Translations under genes and position numbers: made by a program
Notes under the pieces: generated by a model
What the model was told of the DNA's origin: nothing
The model's database searches: none
What the model saw: only the letters and a program-made list of their open reading frames with translations
In this document: one piece after another, positions 58,482-64,000 of the stretch
Position numbering within the stretch: the first letter of the stretch is position 1
Layout of the letters: each line of letters opens with the position of its first letter
Source: a virus
Length of the DNA: 64,000 nt
Reading direction: 5' to 3' (one strand)
Virus record (IMG/VR): IMGVR_UViG_3300029448_000015
Location: 8,477-72,476 of that record

Positions 58482-58509
58482 CGTAAAGGAGCAATTAGAT
58501 AATGGGTAA
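58285..58509 (+). CDS. Head-module protein overlapping the portal 3' end
   Basis: AGGA SD; resembles 18379-18642. Confidence 0.6.
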   Translation: MLDKQLAKKLAPLVNNKELWEALQEHLTNLKTLELQVLVGATSEQEMFRSQGKMNLLVRLEQLKANVKEQLDNG

Positions 58510-60424
58510 AAAGAAAGTAATTGATAATGTTCTGTCGCTTTTAGGTGCTCAAGAAGACAAAGTTATTAAAAAAGAAAGACAAAAAAGGGCTAAAGATTTT
58601 TCTTCTGAAGATACTTTAAAAGAAGATCTTAATGAATTAAATGAATTAGAATTAGAAGAATATCTAGAAGAACAAGGTTTAGATGAATTTGATCTAATGA
58701 ATATGGGAGTTCTTGATTTAGATGATGAAAGTGTACAAATAGCAGAAAAAGGTGCTTTATCTTTCTTTTCCTATAGTCCTAAAGAAGCAGGTAAAAATTG
58801 GATTGATAGTGGTAATACTGCCAATCTTTTAGAATATATGTCTACAGAACTAGATGATCCTAAAAAACTTAGAGATTTTATGGATGGTCTTTCTGATGAC
58901 ACAGTTACTTTTGATGATTATGCAAATGAAGATATTCAAAATCATGCAGATAAATTATTAGAAGAAATGAAAACTTTAAGAGTTATAAAAAATGAAGGTT
59001 CTTTACTAGGAGATATTCCTAAGTCTCAATTTGCAGATAAAGATATTAAAGCTGCAGAAAAATCTATAGAAAAACGTAGAGAATTTTTTGAAAGAGATGG
59101 TGAAGTATTTGAAAGAGTTCCTTTAGATAGTGGAGAAGATATGCCTTCTTCCTTTCTAAGGAGAGCTACTTCAGAAGAAACTTCTAATTTTAAAAAAGGC
59201 AGAGAAAACTTTAGAGTAGGTAAACTTGTAAAAGGTTTATTTGGTGATAAACCTACAGCAATCTCTGAACTTTTACATTTTATGGTAGAAAGACGAGTAG
59301 ATAAAGGAGCAACTAAAAAAGAAGCTTTTAAAGAGATTAGTGAAAATACAAAACTTCCTATAAAAGAAATAGAAGAAAATGAAAAAATATTTTCTCGTTT
59401 GAGTGGTGGAGGAGCTTCTAAAGATATGGTTGATGAAGTTATGCTAACAGGCAAATCTTTATTGAGAAGACCTACTGCATTACAAGAAGCTGCTGAAAAC
59501 ATTGCAGGTGGTAAAGGAACTAAATCAACACGCATAGCTAGAAGAAAAGCAGGGAAAGCTGCAATAGGTGGAGGAGTTTTAGGATATCTTCTAGGTGAAC
59601 TAGATTTACCTCCAGAAAAAGCTTCAGAGTTTGAACAAGCTTTTAGTGAAGCTCATAACGCAGGAGAAGAAACTTTTACTTTTGATGGTAAAGAGTTTTC
59701 AACTGAAGTTAAAAAAGGTAAAGCTATGGGCGGTACAATGTATAACAAAGGCTCATTAGTAGGTAATCAAACTACACTAGATGCTAATAAAGATGGTGAT
59801 ATAACAGGAGAAGACTTTGCTATGCTGCGTAATAAAAAACAAGAAGGTGGCTCTATGCTAGTTCCTCCTGAAATGGAAGCAATGGCAGAGGATATGCCAG
59901 TAGATACCTATCCTAATATTCCACCTGAAGAGATGGCAGAAGTAGAAGCATCACAATTACCTGATGCAGACATGGAAAAAGACTATATGGATTTTGTAGT
60001 AGGAGAATCCTTAGATAGTGAAGAACAAAATTATTTAATGAATGCTTTAGAAGCAGACCCTCAACTGAGTCAAATTTTTGGTAAAGTTGTAACGACTGCT
60101 TCTGAGTTTACTGGTTCTGGAGAAGTTTCCGGGCCGGGAACAGGTGTATCAGACTCAATACCTGCACGATTGTCAGATGGAGAGTTTGTATTCACCAAAA
60201 AAGCTACCGATCAAATGGGGGCAGATAATCTTCAGATGATGATGGATGATGCTGAACGTGCATTTGATGGTGGCGAAATGAGAATGCCTAAACAAGAAGG
60301 CGGTAGCATGATGATGTATAAACAAAAGGATGAAGATCCTCTTGCTTATGAAAAAATAGCTCAAGACGAGATTAAAAAATCTATGTTAAGAGCTAATCGT
60401 GCACCAAGTTTAATGATGTCTTAG
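58502..60424 (+). CDS. Acidic head-module protein
   Basis: GPGTGVSDSIPARLSDGEFV, DANKDGDITGED loop, repeated xxGG motifs. Confidence 0.6.
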   Translation: MGKKKVIDNVLSLLGAQEDKVIKKERQKRAKDFSSEDTLKEDLNELNELELEEYLEEQGLDEFDLMNMGVLDLDDESVQIAEKGALSFFSYSPKEAGKNWIDSGNTANLLEYMSTELDDPKKLRDFMDGLSDDTVTFDDYANEDIQNHADKLLEEMKTLRVIKNEGSLLGDIPKSQFADKDIKAAEKSIEKRREFFERDGEVFERVPLDSGEDMPSSFLRRATSEETSNFKKGRENFRVGKLVKGLFGDKPTAISELLHFMVERRVDKGATKKEAFKEISENTKLPIKEIEENEKIFSRLSGGGASKDMVDEVMLTGKSLLRRPTALQEAAENIAGGKGTKSTRIARRKAGKAAIGGGVLGYLLGELDLPPEKASEFEQAFSEAHNAGEETFTFDGKEFSTEVKKGKAMGGTMYNKGSLVGNQTTLDANKDGDITGEDFAMLRNKKQEGGSMLVPPEMEAMAEDMPVDTYPNIPPEEMAEVEASQLPDADMEKDYMDFVVGESLDSEEQNYLMNALEADPQLSQIFGKVVTTASEFTGSGEVSGPGTGVSDSIPARLSDGEFVFTKKATDQMGADNLQMMMDDAERAFDGGEMRMPKQEGGSMMMYKQKDEDPLAYEKIAQDEIKKSMLRANRAPSLMMS

Positions 60425-60439
60425 GCATATTTAAATTAA

Positions 60440-60697
60440 GGCTACCTTGTACATACAAGCCCCAAATTCTTTAGACGTTTAGAATTGGCTACCTTGCAAG
60501 AAAAACAAGCCCCTTAGAAAAGGAGTAATGATGTCCGAAACAGAAATTTTAGAAGAAGAACAAGCTAATCCATATAATATGAAGAAAGCTTGGCATCAGC
60601 CTGACGGCAAACGTATGCCACAAGCAAATGAATTATATTATGAAGAAGAAGACGCTCCTGTTCAAAAGGCTACCCGTTCTCGAAAGAAAACGGCCCC
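60440..60697 (+). promoter_or_regulatory. Three GGCTAC-[hairpin]-CCCC elements at the scaffold gene
   Basis: Two upstream of the SD and one inside the ORF; stems differ but stay paired. Confidence 0.6.
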
Positions 60698-61382
60698 TAC
60701 TTCTGATGAGACTAATTATAAAAAAAGATACGATGATTTAAAAAAGCATTATGATAATAAACTTTCTGAATTTAAAGAGAGAGAACAGCAGTTAATATCT
60801 GAAGTTAAATCTCAAGAGCCTGAGTATCAAGCTCCTAAGTCTGTAGAAGATTTAGAAAAATTTAGAAATGATTATCCTGATTTGTATGAAACAGTTGAAA
60901 CTGTTGCTCATCAAAGAACTGAAGAACAACTTTCTAAAGTGCATGAAAAACTTTCTGTTTTGGAAGAAAGAGAAAATGCTATTGCACAAAAGGAAGCTGA
61001 ATCAGCTTTATCAGAACGTCATCCAGATTTTGATGATATTCGAGGTTCAGATGATTTTCATTCTTGGGCAAAAGAACAACCTGAACAAATACAAGGTTGG
61101 GTTTATGAGAACCCAAATAATGTTTCTTTAGCTATCAAAGCTCTTGATCTTTATAAATTAGAAACTGGAAAAGGACAAAGTTCTCAAAAATCTAGTTCAA
61201 ATAATAAACAACGTAGAGTTTCTGCTGCTGATATGGTTTCTACTAAAACCACAAATGTAGAACCTCGACAAGATAAAATTTGGACTGAAACTGAAATTGC
61301 GAAAATGTCCTTAGATCAATTTGATAAATATGAAGAAGATATTCGTCAAGCCATTGATGAAGGAAGGATTCGTAAAATATAA
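60528..61382 (+). CDS. Capsid scaffolding protein, set B
   Basis: YKKRYDDLKKHY coiled coil, HPDF, ends IRQAIDEGRI; precedes capsid gene. Confidence 0.8.
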   Translation: MMSETEILEEEQANPYNMKKAWHQPDGKRMPQANELYYEEEDAPVQKATRSRKKTAPTSDETNYKKRYDDLKKHYDNKLSEFKEREQQLISEVKSQEPEYQAPKSVEDLEKFRNDYPDLYETVETVAHQRTEEQLSKVHEKLSVLEERENAIAQKEAESALSERHPDFDDIRGSDDFHSWAKEQPEQIQGWVYENPNNVSLAIKALDLYKLETGKGQSSQKSSSNNKQRRVSAADMVSTKTTNVEPRQDKIWTETEIAKMSLDQFDKYEEDIRQAIDEGRIRKI

Positions 61383-61405
61383 CTTTTCTAGGAGTAATAT
61401 AAAAA

Positions 61406-62395
61406 ATGGCTTTTAACCAATCAGATCAGTTTTTTGAACAGAGTACAGATACCAATGGTAACTTTGGTAATTCTGTATCCGGTCAAAATAACTCTTTTTT
61501 CTTACCGAAGGTATATTCCAAGCAAGTTCTAAACTTTTTTCGTAAAGCGTCTGTAGCAGAAGCTATAACAAATACGGATTATGCAGGTGAAATTTCTGCT
61601 TTTGGAGACACAGTAAGAATAATTAAAGAACCCGAAATTACTGTTTATCAGTATGAGCGTGGTGCAGATGTAACGCAGACTAAGTTGACTGACCAAGAAG
61701 TTAGTTTGACTGTAGATATTGCTAATGCATTTAAGTTTATTGTTGATGACATAGAAACAAATATGTCTCACGTAAACTTTCGTGACGTAGCAACTTCATC
61801 TGCTGCTTATGCTCTCCGTGATGCTTTTGACGCAGGTGTTATTGCGACAATGATAGCAGGTGTTTCTGCATCGAGTCCTAATCATATATTGGGATCTGAT
61901 AATGCTACCGATCTTGCCGAAGGTACTTTTGATGGTACTGGTAATCTTGATATCGGTTTTGGAACGAATGAGCATGATCCTATTGATGTCCTTAGTCGTA
62001 TGGCTCGTCTTTTGGATGAGCAAAATGTTCCTGAAGAAGGTCGATGGTTCTTGGCAAGTCCTGAGTTCTATGAAGTTTTGGCTTCAAGTTCTTCTAAGTT
62101 GCTTTCCGTTGACTACAATGCAGGACAAGGATCTATACGAAATGGTCTAGTATCTTCTGGACTGTTGCGTGGATTTAATATGTATAAAACTAACAACATT
62201 GCAGCTACTACTAATGCAGCAGGACAATGTTTGGCAGGTCATATTTCATCTACAGCTACAGCACAAACGATTACTAGCACTGAAGTAATTCGTGATCCTG
62301 ACAGCTTTGGTGACATTGTACGTGGACTTCATGTTTATGGTACGAAGGTTCTCCGTGGTGAAGCATTGGTTTCTGCCTTTTATGGCATTGACTAA
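61406..62395 (+). CDS. Major capsid protein, set B
   Basis: FLPKVYSK, GDTVRII, DIVRGLHVYGTKVLR. Confidence 0.9.
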   Translation: MAFNQSDQFFEQSTDTNGNFGNSVSGQNNSFFLPKVYSKQVLNFFRKASVAEAITNTDYAGEISAFGDTVRIIKEPEITVYQYERGADVTQTKLTDQEVSLTVDIANAFKFIVDDIETNMSHVNFRDVATSSAAYALRDAFDAGVIATMIAGVSASSPNHILGSDNATDLAEGTFDGTGNLDIGFGTNEHDPIDVLSRMARLLDEQNVPEEGRWFLASPEFYEVLASSSSKLLSVDYNAGQGSIRNGLVSSGLLRGFNMYKTNNIAATTNAAGQCLAGHISSTATAQTITSTEVIRDPDSFGDIVRGLHVYGTKVLRGEALVSAFYGID

Positions 62396-62404
62396 TATAA
62401 GTTT

Positions 62405-62437
62405 GGGAGGGTCGTTATGCGGCCCTTCCGTTCTTTT
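62405..62437 (+). terminator. Rho-independent terminator after capsid gene B
   Basis: gggagggtcg-ttatg-cggcccttcc then gttctttt. Confidence 0.7.
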
Positions 62438-62449
62438 ATAGGATAAATA

Positions 62450-62641
62450 ATGGCTCAGATAGGTTCAAATGAAAATCCTGTTATGTTTCGTAAAGCGATT
62501 GTAAGTAAAAATAGTCGTTTTAGAAAAGGATTTGATAAATCAAAATATGATGAAAATTACGATAAAATTTTTAATAAAAATAAATCTGAGTTCGATATCT
62601 GTCGTGAGAAAAGTAAACCTTTTTGTAGTGAACAGGAATAA
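62450..62641 (+). CDS. Hypothetical protein
   Basis: ORF track; AGGA SD. Confidence 0.55.
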   Translation: MAQIGSNENPVMFRKAIVSKNSRFRKGFDKSKYDENYDKIFNKNKSEFDICREKSKPFCSEQE

Positions 62642-62647
62642 CAAATT

Positions 62648-62842
62648 ATGAAAAAAATGATGTATGGTGGGATGTCTAAAAAGAAAAACATGATGGGTGG
62701 CGGTAGAGCTATGTATGGTCATGGTGGTATGTATAAAAATGTACAAGACATGGAGAAACATTGTTACAAAGGTCTTAATGTTGCTAAAGGTTATGGAACT
62801 AAAAATGCTTTAGAAGTATCTATTTCAATAGAGAAAGTATAA
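62648..62842 (+). CDS. Small Met/Gly/Lys-rich protein
   Basis: MMYGGM, MMGGGR, YGHGGM. Confidence 0.55.
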   Translation: MKKMMYGGMSKKKNMMGGGRAMYGHGGMYKNVQDMEKHCYKGLNVAKGYGTKNALEVSISIEKV

Positions 62843-62985
62843 TGAAAGTTCCTGCTCCTAAAGGACATCATTGGATGAAACAAAAAAATGGTAGTTACAA
62901 ATTAATGAAACATCAGGGGAAATTTGTTAAACATAAAGGTGCTAGTTTAGCAGTTGATTTTCCTATCCAAAAAAAACATACATAG
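62842..62985 (+). CDS. 47-aa basic protein (not in ORF track)
   Basis: MKVPAPKGHHWMK...; TAATG-coupled. Confidence 0.55.
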   Translation: MKVPAPKGHHWMKQKNGSYKLMKHQGKFVKHKGASLAVDFPIQKKHT

Positions 62986-63002
62986 ATAACTAGTAGACCA
63001 TT

Positions 63003-63773
63003 ATGGCTGAAACATTTCTTAATTTATCAAATGAACTTTTAAGAGAGCTTAATGAAGTTTCTTTAAGTAGCACTACATTTTCATCAGCTATTGGTGTTCA
63101 AGCTCACGTTAAAGATGCTGTTAATAGAGCTTATCTAGATATTGTAAATGAAGAACCTCAATGGCCTTTTCTTGCTACAGGACTTAGTGGTGCCACAGAT
63201 CCTATGTATGGAAATGTTTATGTAGAAACAGTTGCAGGTACAAGATGGTATCTATTAAAAACTAGTAGTTCTAGTTTAACTACTGATTATGGTTATATAG
63301 ATTGGGGAAACTTTCTTTTAACTACAGTAGGAGTATCAGGAGAATCTGCTCCTCACACAATTCGTAATTTAAGATTTACAACTACGGAAGAGTGGAAAGA
63401 TTTTTTTAGGATTTCTCAAAATAAAGATGATTCAGATACTCAAAATTATGGAGTACCTTCTAGAGTTATTAAAAGTCCTGATAATAGAAAGTTTGGATTA
63501 AGTCCTATTCCAGATAAAGTCTATCGTATTTGGTTTTATGCTTATGATTTACCAACTGAACTTTCAGCACATGGAGATCAAATAGTATTTCCTAATATCT
63601 ATAAGCCTGTTCTTTTAGCAAGGGCTAGATATTATGTACATCAATTTAAAGAAAATCCTCAAGCATCTGCTTTTGCATTAGAAGATTATCGTAGAGGATT
63701 AAAATTAATGAAACTTCATCTTTTAGAACCTACTCCGGGTTATTTTAAAGATGACAGAATAAGGTTCGTTTAG
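63003..63773 (+). CDS. Head-tail adaptor / tail tubular protein A-like
   Basis: FLNLSNELLRELNE...AVNRAY..I...WPFL; LSPIPDKVY; position after capsid. Confidence 0.7.
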   Translation: MAETFLNLSNELLRELNEVSLSSTTFSSAIGVQAHVKDAVNRAYLDIVNEEPQWPFLATGLSGATDPMYGNVYVETVAGTRWYLLKTSSSSLTTDYGYIDWGNFLLTTVGVSGESAPHTIRNLRFTTTEEWKDFFRISQNKDDSDTQNYGVPSRVIKSPDNRKFGLSPIPDKVYRIWFYAYDLPTELSAHGDQIVFPNIYKPVLLARARYYVHQFKENPQASAFALEDYRRGLKLMKLHLLEPTPGYFKDDRIRFV

Positions 63774-64000
63774 TGTCTCAACCTTTCGCCCTAGCTTGTC
63801 GAGGTGGTTTAAATGTTAATTTAAATCAACTTGAAATAATGCGTCAGCCCGGATTAGCTACAGAGTTATTAAACTTTGAAGTAGATCCTGATGGTGGCTA
63901 TAGGCGTATTAGTGGCTTTACTTTATTTGGTGGAGGTTCTTCTGCAAGACCTAACTCTAGTAATAGAATACTTGGACTAGCTGTATATGCAGATGGCTTA
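63773..64000 (+). CDS. Tail nozzle / head-stabilisation protein, 3'-truncated
   Basis: GTG start overlapping TAG; GGLN...NFEVDPDGGYRRISGF; open to the window end. Confidence 0.65.
   Translation, partial: MSQPFALACRGGLNVNLNQLEIMRQPGLATELLNFEVDPDGGYRRISGFTLFGGGSSARPNSSNRILGLAVYADGL

Noticed and set aside
60868-62150. Same-strand alternative-frame ORFs 60868-61131 and 61860-62150 (also 14009-14206)
   Set aside because: No convincing SD and no counterpart in the other gene set, unlike the polymerase-nested ORF.
722-62761. Antisense ORF-track entries such as 722-964, 5974-6249, 7713-8054, 14723-15067, 18046-18261, 35535-35912, 59026-59535, 61529-62023
   Set aside because: Shadows of well-supported genes, with no SD or family motifs.
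1-64000. Tandem prophages in a host chromosome
   Set aside because: No host genes, integrase or att-like repeats seen in the window.
1-64000. Simple assembly duplication of one genome
   Set aside because: Paired genes differ at many synonymous and amino-acid sites, and gene order differs.
1-64000. Stop-codon reassignment, introns or inteins
   Set aside because: Core genes read through at normal length in the standard bacterial code.

Overview
The window is entirely phage DNA: no host genes, integrase, tRNA/rRNA or CRISPR array were seen. It carries two distinct, colinear, same-orientation gene sets of T7-related podophages with no RNA polymerase gene in the window. Set A: internal virion protein (<3-2783), minus-strand replication/early module (2786-11917), intergenic switch (11918-12482), plus-strand TerS/endolysin/TerL/portal/scaffold/capsid/tail-fibre module (12483-~24432). 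Set B: ejection, lysis and small basic proteins (~24475-38963), a second replication/early module (39173-52652), AT-rich switch (52653-53369) and a second TerS/TerL/portal/scaffold/capsid/adaptor/nozzle module (53370->64000). The duplicated functions are diverged homologues, not copies. The A-to-B switch falls in or near the tail-fibre block, so this is either an assembly chimera or a real cointegrate/fused genome. Main finer-scale observations: a +1-frame ORF with its own SD at the same position inside both DNA polymerase genes; repeated hairpin and RBS cassettes in the B early region; two pseudoknot-capable elements; a triple GGCUAC-hairpin-CCCC motif at the B scaffold gene; a quasi-palindromic divergent promoter pair; and a short GG-type motif shared by several B virion proteins. 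All product calls are from motif recognition and gene order, without database searches.
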